Notes under the pieces: model-generated
The model's input: only the letters and a program-made list of their open reading frames with translations
Told to the model about the DNA's origin: nothing
The model's database searches: none
Assembly: GCA_963666985.2 (NCBI GenBank)
Contig: CAXXIA010000001.1
Span: forward strand, 64,001 to 128,000
Length of the DNA: 64,000 nucleotides
Direction: 5' to 3'
Source: Spirochaetia bacterium
GTDB taxonomy: Bacteria; Spirochaetota; Spirochaetia; DSM-2461
Shown: piece by piece, positions 47,910 through 56,732 of the stretch
Layout: each line of letters opens with the position of its first letter
Numbering within the stretch: position 1 is the stretch's first letter
Translations under genes and position numbers: made by a program

Positions 47910-48930
47910 CGAGGACACTGAGGTCCAATTCGCCGCCGCGCATCTTTTCCAGAATGGCGTTCATGGAGCTCAAGATTTCTTCCGGAATGTGTCTGCGGAT
48001 GTTTTTCCCGTCCATCGGGAAATCGACATAGCCTTCCCGAACACCGACGAAGGTCGATTTCCCCATTTCCAATTCGCCTTTCAGCCAGAGCGAGGTCCAT
48101 TCTTCGGCGGCGCGTTCCTGATGAACCACGGCGCTTGCCAGAACCACTCCGGGAGCCTCGTCCGTTCCATCCGAATCAAACCAGAGAACATAAGCATCGG
48201 CTTCCTTGGCGGCCGCAATAACTCCCTGGTTGCCGCCGCCGGCAATGGTGAGGATTAAATTGACACCTTCGGAATACAGTCCCGAGGCCAGTTCGCGGGC
48301 TTTTCCCGCATCGTACCAGTTTCCCAGCACGCGGAATTCCAGCTTGATGTTCGGATCCACGGCCTGCAGACCGATTTCAAACCCCGGCCGGATTTCTTTT
48401 TCCATTTGCGGATATTCCTGACCGACGATGATTCCCACGCTCGGGGGAGTCTCATTCTCGCCGAAATCTCCCGAAACCGTCGCCAGCGCGGCGAAATACC
48501 CGATGAGGAAGGCCTGTTCTCTGTGATCGTAGCGGACTTCCGCGACCGACGGTCCGCCAAGGCCCGATCCGTCCAGAACCAGGAATTCCTGATTTGGATA
48601 GGATTCGGCCGCTTTCGCGCAGATTTCACTCATAGCCGGATTGGAGGTTACGATGAGTTCGTAAAGATTTTCCGAAGCCAGAGCCGCGATCTGATTGTAC
48701 CAAGCGGCCTGATCAACACCGCCTTCAACGGTTTTTACTTCAATACCGGCCGCTTCGGCCGCTTTTTTCACCCCAGTGTCCATCATTGTGTAAGTGGGGC
48801 TGCCCTCCAGAACTCCCGGTACGAAAACGGCGATGGCGCGGGTTTGTTCTTCTTTTCCGCCGCAGGATATGAACGAAAGACTTATAAGGAATAACACGGA
48901 AAATGTGAGTCGATTGAATCTGTTACGCAT
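47902..48930 (-). CDS. BMP-family lipoprotein, probable riboflavin-binding protein (RfuA-like)
   Basis: Lipobox FISC, VFVPGVLEGSPTY, GNWYDA, GGGNQG and WFD. First gene after an FMN riboswitch. Confidence 0.88.
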   Translation of the reverse strand: MRNRFNRLTFSVLFLISLSFISCGGKEEQTRAIAVFVPGVLEGSPTYTMMDTGVKKAAEAAGIEVKTVEGGVDQAAWYNQIAALASENLYELIVTSNPAMSEICAKAAESYPNQEFLVLDGSGLGGPSVAEVRYDHREQAFLIGYFAALATVSGDFGENETPPSVGIIVGQEYPQMEKEIRPGFEIGLQAVDPNIKLEFRVLGNWYDAGKARELASGLYSEGVNLILTIAGGGNQGVIAAAKEADAYVLWFDSDGTDEAPGVVLASAVVHQERAAEEWTSLWLKGELEMGKSTFVGVREGYVDFPMDGKNIRRHIPEEILSSMNAILEKMRGGELDLSVLDG

Positions 48931-49011
48931 GTCTCTTCTCCCAATTGAGCCGACTCTTGGGAGGGAATTCACGGAAAGGACCCCATACGGACGGATATCC
49001 GCATCGGTGTG

Positions 49012-49166
49012 CCCTCTCTCTCATCCAGACTCACACTGTCGGTTTCGGAATTACACCGAATCCCCCGGGCCTTCGGTCCAAAGACAAACGCACTGCGTTC
49101 ACCTGCGGACACCGCTCGGATTGCGGACTTTTACCGCCGGTCGGGAATAAATCCCTCCCTCGAGAA
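49012..49166 (-). ncRNA. FMN riboswitch (RFN element)
   Basis: Minus strand AGGGAGGG-ATTTATTCCCGACCGGCGGT-AAAAGTCCGC...GATTCGGTGTAATTCCGAAACCGACAGT-GTG-AGTCTGGATGAGAGAG matches the RFN consensus. A downstream CTCCAA...TTGGGAG hairpin would sequester the RBS. Confidence 0.93.
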
Positions 49167-49297
49167 AGCGTGAAATAAAGATAATACCGCGAATTGAAGA
49201 GCGTCAAGAGAAGTTCCTTGGCGAAGTGTGCTACAATTTAACAAGCTTTTGTTTCGGATCGATGTTTTTTTTATCCGAAAGTATAAGGAAGGTATTT

Positions 49298-49768
49298 ATG
49301 ATTTTAAATAAAAGACTGAGCATCTGTATTTTGCTGTTCACTCTTCTTGCCGCGGGAGTGTTCGCTCAGTATCAGCCGATAGACGATGAAGCGGCCAACG
49401 CTTTCAGCGTTTCGATGCAGGCCTATTTATACGGAACCATGATGTGCGCTTTCGGCCAAAATCCTCCGGGGGCTGAATTGGAGCAGACCGACAGTGAGGT
49501 TTCCATTATATTCGACGAACTCAATTTGGCGGCTCTGGGCGTTGAAGACGAAGACGGCTACACCGCGATAAGCGGTAAGGTTACCACTTCGGAAACCGAC
49601 GGCGGATCGAACATGACGGCCGATCTCACTTTATCCGGGGGGCCGATTAAATCGCTGCGTTGGTCCGTTGAGAATTACGATATGACAAGTGAAGCCGGAG
49701 ACGAAGTGGAGTTTATTATCGTTGCCGACGGAAAGCGCTTCAGGATGTCAACCGGTGATTTCGAATAG
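49298..49768 (+). CDS. Hypothetical secreted protein
   Basis: Signal peptide MILNKRLSICILLFTLLAAGVFA-Q, an acidic mature region and an AAGGAAGG RBS. Confidence 0.75.
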   Translation: MILNKRLSICILLFTLLAAGVFAQYQPIDDEAANAFSVSMQAYLYGTMMCAFGQNPPGAELEQTDSEVSIIFDELNLAALGVEDEDGYTAISGKVTTSETDGGSNMTADLTLSGGPIKSLRWSVENYDMTSEAGDEVEFIIVADGKRFRMSTGDFE

Positions 49769-50126
49769 GAATTCCGGAGACGGGTTTGACATGCGGCGGT
49801 TTCAAAACCGAAGCCTTTTAAAAGAATCCTGAAGAATCGCGGCCTCCGGACGCGCATAAATTTTACCGATTCCTGAAATTGCCTCACCGGAGAATATTGA
49901 CCCCGTAGACGACGAAATCGTATAGTCAATTACGCAAACGTGATTCCAAAGAGGCTCTTTCAAAAATATCCCTTAGGCCCGCGGTGTTCGAAATGTTCAC
50001 ACGGTTCCTGCCCGGGTCTCCGCCGTTTTGAGGATTCAATTCCGAACGGCCGAATTGCGCGGAGGTTCGGCGGGGTGTATTTTGAACGAGTCTCCGGAAA
50101 CAATTGATTGGAGTGACGATACCTAA

Positions 50127-51449
50127 ATGAGTTTCGCCAAGCCCACCTCCCTCGGGATTATCGCCTGTCCGGGAGGAGATTCCTTCGCCGATGAAATCGT
50201 CGCCCATCTGAAAACCATTTATCAGAGGCGCTTCGAGAAGAAGGCCCAGTTTATTTCCCGATTGTACGGTTTTGAGGCCGAAGAGACTTTTCGAAGTCTC
50301 AATATGGCCGACGATCTGATGAGTCATCGGGTGTCCGCCGTCGGTCCCGCCGACGCTTATCGGTTTCCTTCTTTTAAAATCCCGTGCAAGTATACCCGCT
50401 TCGCCAACGGAGAAATAAAAACGGAAATCATGCGAAGCGTCCGCGGTATGGATCTCTATATTGTTCAGGATATCGCGAACGAAACACCGGTCCGACTGGG
50501 GGATGAAAAAAGGATTCTCTCGGTTAATGATCATCTTATGACGCTGATGACCGCTATCGACGCGGCTCATCAGGCGGGCGCCCGCCGAGTTTCTTTAGTG
50601 CTTCCGACCTATCCCTACAGCCGTCAGCATAAGAAAAAGGGAAGAGAGGGCCTAACGGCTTCCATGCTCGGACGGATGTTTGAGAACATGGAAGTGGCGC
50701 GAATAATCACTTTGGACATTCACTCACGTGAAATCCAGCATACATTCAAAAGTCTGAGTCTGGAAAATCTTCACGCTTCTTATCAGATTCTGCTGACCGC
50801 GTCGTCGTTTCTGGATTTGGTGAATGAAGACCTTGTCGTGGTTTCACCGGATACCGGCGCCATCGATCGGAATAAATTTTATGCCGACAGTCTGCGCAAG
50901 CCCCTGGCTCTCCTTTATAAAGAACGGGATTACTCGCGGGCTTCGCAGAACGCGGCGGATTCCAACATCACCAGTGCCAGGCTGCTCGGGGACGTGGAGG
51001 GCAAGACCGTTTTTATGGCGGACGATATGCTGGGTACCGGCGGTACTTTGATAAAGGCCATGAAGCTCATACGGGATATGGGAGCGAAAAAGATCATCTG
51101 CAGCGTTTCCCTCCCGTTATTCTCCGGAGGCGCTCAGGCTCACTTCGACAAGGCCTACCAAGAGGGATTGTTCGACTGTGTCATCGGGACAAATGCCGTT
51201 TCCCTGCCCGATTCCATTCTGGAAAGACCCTGGTATCGAAGCGCCAACGTTACAAATCTGTTCGCCAGAGCCATCAGCCGCGTGCATCATAATCGTTCCG
51301 TCTCTCCTCTTTTGGACAACAGCAAGATGATTCAGCGTATGCTGGCGAAAAAAAGCCGGATTCTTCAGCATGATCTTTTTCCGGATGCGAATCCGGTTTC
51401 CAATTGGAGCGCCGGTAAAGATCCCGATGACGAGACCGGTACGGAATAA
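50127..51449 (+). CDS. prs: Ribose-phosphate pyrophosphokinase (long form)
   Basis: FANGE, YPYSRQHKK, TLDIHS, VSPDTGA and ADDMLGTGGTL. Confidence 0.93.
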   Translation: MSFAKPTSLGIIACPGGDSFADEIVAHLKTIYQRRFEKKAQFISRLYGFEAEETFRSLNMADDLMSHRVSAVGPADAYRFPSFKIPCKYTRFANGEIKTEIMRSVRGMDLYIVQDIANETPVRLGDEKRILSVNDHLMTLMTAIDAAHQAGARRVSLVLPTYPYSRQHKKKGREGLTASMLGRMFENMEVARIITLDIHSREIQHTFKSLSLENLHASYQILLTASSFLDLVNEDLVVVSPDTGAIDRNKFYADSLRKPLALLYKERDYSRASQNAADSNITSARLLGDVEGKTVFMADDMLGTGGTLIKAMKLIRDMGAKKIICSVSLPLFSGGAQAHFDKAYQEGLFDCVIGTNAVSLPDSILERPWYRSANVTNLFARAISRVHHNRSVSPLLDNSKMIQRMLAKKSRILQHDLFPDANPVSNWSAGKDPDDETGTE

Positions 51450-51525
51450 CGGTTCGCGGACCACTTCCGCCTGAAGTGAGCTTCTCGGCCGCGTACCGTT
51501 TCATTCCTTCCGGGAGGAATACGTA

Positions 51526-52899
51526 ATGATTTTGGCGGTAGACCTCGGAACGGGTTCGCTTAAGGCGGGGCTTCTCACTCCCGACGGACGGCTGGAAAGT
51601 CGCGTGCGGATTCCTTACGAGCGCCCATTGCTGCCGGGCGCGGCTCCTTCGGCGGAATTCGATCCTTATGAATGGGAAAGGGCCTTTCATAAGTCGCTCT
51701 CGCTTCTTCCTTCCGTAAAGCTTTCGGCCATGGCCGTCAGCGGAAACGGTCCGACTCTGGTTCCCTGCGACGGTCGGGGACGGCCGCTGGCCCGCACCGA
51801 TCTTTGGCTGCAGTACAGGTCCATACGCTTGGACGAATGTCCCTCCTATTACCTTCCGAAGGCCGCCTGGCTGAATAAAAACGATCACGGCACCTGGGAA
51901 AAAACCCGGATGCTCCTTTCCTGTCCCGAATGGCTTCAGTATCGGCTGACCGGCCGCGCCGTTATGACGATTCCGCACGAAGGATTTCGCCGTTACGTTT
52001 GGGACGATCCTCAACTGACCGCTTACGGTCTGGATAAGTCGCTTTTCCCGGAAATAGTCATGATGGGAAGCCCTGCCGGCTCGGTGACTCCTCAGGCGTC
52101 GGCGGAAACGGGACTGCCCGAGGGGCTTCCCGTTGCGGCGGTGGGATCGGATTTCATGGCCGCGCTCTTGGGGTCGGGCATGAATGAACCCGGTATGGTC
52201 TGCGACAGGGCCGGTACCAGCGAGGGAATCAACTACTGTGCTAAAAAACCTTCCGGAGATCCGAGGCTTCGGGATTTACCGCATGTCGTGGAGGGACTTT
52301 GGAACGCGGCGGCCATCCTTTCGTCCACCGGAGCGGTTTTCGAATGGTACAGAAGACTCACGGGGCAGGAATCACGGCCTTATGAGGAAACGCTTGCCGA
52401 GGTGGAATCCGTGCCTCCGGGGCAGCCGGCGCCATTATTCTTCCCCGGCTCCCGCGGCGGCGCCCTTTGGGAATTCGACGGCGGAAGTTTTCATCGGCTT
52501 CAGCCCGGCCACGGAAAGGCCGAAATGGGGCGTGCCGTGATGGAGGCCATTGCGTTCGCCGTGCGCCGGGGCATCGAAATTCTTGAGAAAGCGGGTCTTC
52601 CCGTCGGTGAAATTCGTGTTACCGGCGGTCAGGCGCGCGGCGATGTCTGGAACCACATGAAGGCCGACATTATCGGGAGGCCTCTGTTTGTTCCCAGAAT
52701 CGAAGATGCCGAACTGGCCGGAGGGGCCGCCTGCGCGGCGGCGGCGCTGGGAAGGGGAGAGAGCCCCCTGGAAACGGCGAAAATCTATGTGGGAATGCGA
52801 ACAAGAGTGGAACCGAGAGAACGGACAAGATCTCTTTACGATGAGGCCTATGCACGCTATCGCGCCGCCTTCGAATCGCTTCCGTATTTATCGGCATGA
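51526..52899 (+). CDS. FGGY-family carbohydrate kinase (xylulokinase-like)
   Basis: AVDLGTGSLKA, AGTSE, RAVMEAIAF and TGGQARG...KADI. Confidence 0.88.
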   Translation: MILAVDLGTGSLKAGLLTPDGRLESRVRIPYERPLLPGAAPSAEFDPYEWERAFHKSLSLLPSVKLSAMAVSGNGPTLVPCDGRGRPLARTDLWLQYRSIRLDECPSYYLPKAAWLNKNDHGTWEKTRMLLSCPEWLQYRLTGRAVMTIPHEGFRRYVWDDPQLTAYGLDKSLFPEIVMMGSPAGSVTPQASAETGLPEGLPVAAVGSDFMAALLGSGMNEPGMVCDRAGTSEGINYCAKKPSGDPRLRDLPHVVEGLWNAAAILSSTGAVFEWYRRLTGQESRPYEETLAEVESVPPGQPAPLFFPGSRGGALWEFDGGSFHRLQPGHGKAEMGRAVMEAIAFAVRRGIEILEKAGLPVGEIRVTGGQARGDVWNHMKADIIGRPLFVPRIEDAELAGGAACAAAALGRGESPLETAKIYVGMRTRVEPRERTRSLYDEAYARYRAAFESLPYLSA

Positions 52900-52916
52900 T
52901 CTTTGCATGGAACCGG

Positions 52917-52946
52917 TTGACATAAAAGGCGCGCCGCGGATATCAT
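52917..52946 (+). promoter_or_regulatory. sigma70 promoter of tRNA-Thr / rpmG
   Basis: TTGACA-18 nt-TATCAT followed by a GC-rich discriminator. Confidence 0.65.
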
Positions 52947-52961
52947 CACCTCCGCTTGCGT

Positions 52962-53034
52962 GCCTCTGTAGCTCAGTCGGTAGAGCACAGCCATGGTAAG
53001 GCTGGGGTCATCGGTTCAAGTCCGATCGGAGGCT
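52962..53034 (+). tRNA. tRNA-Thr (GGT)
   Basis: GCCTCTG-TAGCTCAGTCGGTAGAGC-CAGCC-ATGGTAA-GGCTG-...TTCAAGT...CGGAGGCT cloverleaf. Confidence 0.95.
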
Positions 53035-53040
53035 TCCTCC

Positions 53041-53075
53041 ATCCCGCCAGTCTTCGGGCCGGTGGGATCTTTTTT
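53041..53075 (+). terminator. Terminator-like hairpin after tRNA-Thr
   Basis: ATCCCGCC...GGTGGGAT followed by CTTTTTT. Confidence 0.6.
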
Positions 53076-53093
53076 GTAAGGGAGTGAGTTGTT

Positions 53094-53270
53094 ATGGCGA
53101 AAGCGAAAAAGGGAGCCGTCGAAAAGATTGCTCTGCAATGCAGCGAATGCGGCAGGAAAAATTATACCACATCAAAAAACCGGCGAAACATCCAGGGAAA
53201 AATGGAGTTTAAGAAGTATTGTAAGTGGGATAAGAAAGTGACGCTTCACAAGGAAGCGAAAATCAAATAA
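53094..53270 (+). CDS. rpmG: 50S ribosomal protein L33
   Basis: Below the ORF-track cutoff. Translates as MAKAKKGAVEKIALQCSECGRKNYTTSKNRRNIQGKMEFKKYCKWDKKVTLHKEAKIK (CxxC...CxxD). Confidence 0.95.
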   Translation: MAKAKKGAVEKIALQCSECGRKNYTTSKNRRNIQGKMEFKKYCKWDKKVTLHKEAKIK

Positions 53271-53338
53271 GAAACCGATCGACCCGAGGCGTTACCGGTC
53301 TTGATTTCGCGCCTTTCGGCGATATGGTTGATCCCCCT

Positions 53339-53411
53339 AGGCCAGTAGCTCCAATGGTAGAGCGCCGGTCTCCAAAACCGGATGTTGCAGGTTCGAGTCC
53401 TGCCTGGCCTG
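53339..53411 (+). tRNA. tRNA-Trp (CCA)
   Basis: AGGCCAG...CCGGT-CTCCAAA-ACCGG...TTCGAGT...CTGGCCTG cloverleaf, in the canonical position before secE. Confidence 0.95.
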
Positions 53412-53439
53412 CAAAGCCCCTGAATGAGGTGATGAGATT

Positions 53440-53628
53440 ATGAAAAAGATCAAAGCTTTCATTATGGAGAGTTACGGAGAACTGAAGAAGGTCGTATGGC
53501 CCGGCAAGGAATCCGTTATGTCTTCGGCCAAAGTGGTTATTATTTCCACCATCGTATTCGCCTTATTCTTCGGATTCGTCGATTTCCTTCTTTCTCAGGG
53601 ACTCGTCGGACTGTTTAACGTTCTTTAA
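53440..53628 (+). CDS. secE: Preprotein translocase subunit SecE
   Basis: ELKKVVWP plus a single TM segment, between tRNA-Trp and nusG. Confidence 0.93.
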   Translation: MKKIKAFIMESYGELKKVVWPGKESVMSSAKVVIISTIVFALFFGFVDFLLSQGLVGLFNVL

Positions 53629-53638
53629 GGCGGTCGTT

Positions 53639-54193
53639 ATGGCTAAGGGCTGGTACGTCCTGCATACCTTCACGGGACATGAAAACAAAGTGGAGAAATT
53701 TATCCGCTTGATGATGGCCGACGGTACGCTTGGGGATTCCGTTCTCGACGTTAAGGTGCCTTCCGAGGAAGTTACCGAAGTTCGTAACGGTAAGAAAAGA
53801 ACGGTTAATAAAAAATTTCTTCCCGGATATATTCTGGTGGAAATGGACCTTCCCGAAAGGGGATGGAAAATTCCCTGCAGCGCAATCCGTAAAATCCAAG
53901 GTGTTACCGGATTTGTAGGCACCGGCCAGAATTCCAAGCCTCAGCCTATTTCGGCGGACGAGGCTAAAACCATCCTTCAAAAAACCGGAGCCATTAAGGC
54001 CGAGCGCCGTGTTCAGATTAAGCAGGATTTTCAGGTCGGTGAAGAAGTTCGGATTATCGACGGTCCCTTCGAGTCTTTTAAGGGAACCATCGAGGTTGTG
54101 AATCAGGAAAAAGGAAAACTCCGCGTTATGGTCGGAATTTTCGGTCGGTCCACGCCGGTTGAAGTGAGCTTCAATCAGGTGGACCGCAGTTAA
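53639..54193 (+). CDS. nusG: Transcription termination/antitermination factor NusG
   Basis: WYVLHTFTGHENKV, FLPGYILVEM, KOW motif VRIIDGPF and IFGRSTPVE. Confidence 0.96.
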   Translation: MAKGWYVLHTFTGHENKVEKFIRLMMADGTLGDSVLDVKVPSEEVTEVRNGKKRTVNKKFLPGYILVEMDLPERGWKIPCSAIRKIQGVTGFVGTGQNSKPQPISADEAKTILQKTGAIKAERRVQIKQDFQVGEEVRIIDGPFESFKGTIEVVNQEKGKLRVMVGIFGRSTPVEVSFNQVDRS

Positions 54194-54279
54194 CGCTGAA
54201 ATCGCGTCGGCCGCATAATGCGGCCTTCCGCGTTTCAATAAAAGAAGAGCGGCGGACTTAATGACCGTCCTCTCCATTT

Positions 54280-54314
54280 CGGGAGTCGCATGAATGCATG
54301 CGACGTTTGTACCG
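54280..54314 (+). promoter_or_regulatory. Probable L1-binding autoregulatory leader of rplK-rplA
   Basis: CGGGA-GTCGCATG-aatg-CATGCGAC-GTTTGTA-CCG, a hairpin with an asymmetric internal loop just before the rplK RBS. Confidence 0.55.
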
Positions 54315-54330
54315 CGATAGGAGGCCAGAA

Positions 54331-54762
54331 ATGGCGAAAAAGAAAGTTACGGCGATGATCAAACTGCAGGTCCCCGCCGGCAAGGCTACTCCGGCGCCCC
54401 CGGTCGGTCCCGCTTTGGGCCCTCACGGTGTCAGCGCGCCGCAGTTCGTTCAACAGTTCAACGACAGGACGAAGAATCTGGAACCCGGACTCACTATCCC
54501 CGTCGTTATTTCGGTGTATGCCGATCGAAGTTTTACCTTTGAGACCAAAACTCCCCCGGCGGCGGTTCTGATTAAAAAAGCCTGCGGTTTGGATCGGGGT
54601 TCGGCCGAACCTCATAAGGAAAAGGTCGCGAAGATTACCCGCGGTCAGCTCAAACAGATCGCCGAGACGAAAATGCAGGACCTGAACGCCAACGACATCG
54701 ACGCGGCGATTAAAATCATCGCCGGTACGGCCCGAAGCATGGGCGTTACGGTGGAGGGCTAA
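54331..54762 (+). CDS. rplK: 50S ribosomal protein L11
   Basis: [20 protein letters not shown] and GTARSMG. Start at ATG 54331 after GGAGG. Confidence 0.97.
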   Translation: MAKKKVTAMIKLQVPAGKATPAPPVGPALGPHGVSAPQFVQQFNDRTKNLEPGLTIPVVISVYADRSFTFETKTPPAAVLIKKACGLDRGSAEPHKEKVAKITRGQLKQIAETKMQDLNANDIDAAIKIIAGTARSMGVTVEG

Positions 54763-54767
54763 AAGGG

Positions 54768-55442
54768 ATGAAACACGGAAAGAAATACCGGGAAGCCGCC
54801 GGCAAGCTTGACTCCGCCAAGTCCTACGGAATTGACGAAGGTCTTGAACTTGTAAAATCCATGGCGTTTGCCAAGTTCGACGAAACCGTCGAAGTATCGG
54901 TGAATCTGAACATTAAGAAAAGCCATTCCATACGGGATACTTTTGTTCTTCCTTATCAGTTCGCCGGTGAGAAAAAAGTGCTGGTTTTCGCGAAAGGCGA
55001 TAAGGCCAGGGAGGCCGAAGAAGCCGGAGCGGCTTTCGTCGGCGCCGAAGATCTGGTGGAAAAGATTAAGGGCGGCTGGCTTGATTTCGATATCTGCGTC
55101 GCCACTCCGGATATGATGCGTGAGGTTGGTAAGCTCGGTCCGATTTTGGGTCGGCGGGGCTTGATGCCCAACCCGAAAACACGAACCGTTACGATGGACG
55201 TTAAGGGCGCCGTCGCCGAGCTGAAGCAGGGGCGAATCGAATTTCGGGCCGATAAGGGCGGAGTTGTGCATTTGGCCGTCGGGAAGGTGTCCATGGATAA
55301 GGACCAGCTTAAGGCTAATGTGAAGACTTTCGTGGATGAGCTTGCCAAGAAGCGTCCCTCCGATGTGAAGGGCGATTTTATTAAGTCGGCCTGCGTGTCG
55401 TCCACCATGGGCCCCGGCGTAAAGCTGCAGGTTCAGGAATAG
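54768..55442 (+). CDS. rplA: 50S ribosomal protein L1
   Basis: [18 protein letters not shown] and SSTMGPG. Confidence 0.97.
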   Translation: MKHGKKYREAAGKLDSAKSYGIDEGLELVKSMAFAKFDETVEVSVNLNIKKSHSIRDTFVLPYQFAGEKKVLVFAKGDKAREAEEAGAAFVGAEDLVEKIKGGWLDFDICVATPDMMREVGKLGPILGRRGLMPNPKTRTVTMDVKGAVAELKQGRIEFRADKGGVVHLAVGKVSMDKDQLKANVKTFVDELAKKRPSDVKGDFIKSACVSSTMGPGVKLQVQE

Positions 55443-55454
55443 GGGGATTGAGAA

Positions 55455-55985
55455 ATGGCTGAAGTTAACGTGCAGCAATATAAAATTGACGCCGTCGCCG
55501 AACTGAAGGACGGTCTGGAAAAAACCCGAAGCTTTATTTTCGCCGATTACCGCGGTCTTACCGTGGAGCAGATTTCCGAGCTTCGGGGTTCCCTCAGAGA
55601 AGCCGGCGCCGAATTCCATGTCGTTAAGAATAATTTTGCCAAGATTGCCTTTAAACAGATGGACCACGAAGACGTGGCTCCCTATCTGGTCGGGCCGACG
55701 GCCATCGCGTATTGCGGCGATGAAGCGGGTCCCGTGGCGAAGGCCATACTTAAGTTAAGCAAGGAAATGCCTGTTGAGCTGAAAGGCGGTCTGCTTGACG
55801 GTGAAGTTTATAATGCCGAGGCGGTTGAAGCCTTCAGTAAGCTTCCTTCGAAATTGGAACTTATTCAGATGCTCATGGGAACCATGAATGCTCCTTTGCA
55901 GAACATGGTCTTTGTGCTTAACGGTGTTACGACGAAGTTGGTTCGTACATTGGATGCCGTCAGGGAACAGAAGGCGGCTCAGTAG
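55455..55985 (+). CDS. rplJ: 50S ribosomal protein L10
   Basis: DYRGLTV, VVKNN, GPTA and KLPSK, plus synteny. Confidence 0.95.
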   Translation: MAEVNVQQYKIDAVAELKDGLEKTRSFIFADYRGLTVEQISELRGSLREAGAEFHVVKNNFAKIAFKQMDHEDVAPYLVGPTAIAYCGDEAGPVAKAILKLSKEMPVELKGGLLDGEVYNAEAVEAFSKLPSKLELIQMLMGTMNAPLQNMVFVLNGVTTKLVRTLDAVREQKAAQ

Positions 55986-56234
55986 CCGAAAATCCGGGAA
56001 TTGCCCGCATTTTTACATCAGGCCGCATGCGGCCGCTTATAAAAATGCCGGTTGTTTCTCTGATTGGCGGATTGAATGGGTAAAGGGCGAATACGGTCGG
56101 AATGTTGTTTCGATTTATTCGCTTAAAATAGGATGAACCGCCGGGAACGGCGGAAATCCGTAAAAAGAGCGGCGTCAGTCTTCTGGGGTTGTCTGCTGTC
56201 GCCGTCGTTAACTAATATATAAGGAGAAGATAAT

Positions 56235-56618
56235 ATGACTACCGAAGAAATCTTGGATGCCATTGCAGGCATGACTGTTCTTGAAGTTTCCGAATTGGTT
56301 AAGGCCATGGAAGAGAAGTTCGGCGTTACTGCCGCCGCTCCCGTAGCCGTGGCCGCCGGTCCCGTAGCCGGTGCCGCTCCCGCTGAGAGCGAAGCCGAAG
56401 AGCAAACCGAATTCGACGTTGTTCTTGCGGGTTTCGGAGACGGCAAGAAAATCGGCGTTATTAAAGAGGTCCGCGCCATTACCGGTTTGGGTCTTAAGGA
56501 AGCCAAGGAACTCGTTGAAGGCGACAAGGGTGTCGTGAAGGAAGGCGTCTCGAAGGATGAGGCCGCCTCCATCAAGGAGAAGCTTGAAGCTGCCGGCGCT
56601 ACCGTTGAGGTTAAGTAA
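56235..56618 (+). CDS. rplL: 50S ribosomal protein L7/L12
   Basis: [18 protein letters not shown] and [20 protein letters not shown]. Confidence 0.97.
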   Translation: MTTEEILDAIAGMTVLEVSELVKAMEEKFGVTAAAPVAVAAGPVAGAAPAESEAEEQTEFDVVLAGFGDGKKIGVIKEVRAITGLGLKEAKELVEGDKGVVKEGVSKDEAASIKEKLEAAGATVEVK

Positions 56619-56656
56619 TCGCCCTGCGATTGCGGCCGTTTGTTATTAGTATTCTC

Positions 56657-56693
56657 AAAAGACCACCGGGGTTGTAGAACCCTCGGTGGTTTT
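56657..56693 (+). terminator. Attenuator-like hairpin between rplL and rpoB
   Basis: GACCACCGGGGTT-gtag-AACCCTCGGTGGTTTT. Confidence 0.6.
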
Positions 56694-56732
56694 GTGTCTG
56701 GGAACTCGTTCCCGATTTATAGGGGGGTATAA

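Noticed and set aside
53035..53093. Absence of tuf between tRNA-Thr and rpmG
   Set aside because: This arrangement occurs in spirochaetes, where tuf lies elsewhere, so it is not evidence of a deletion.
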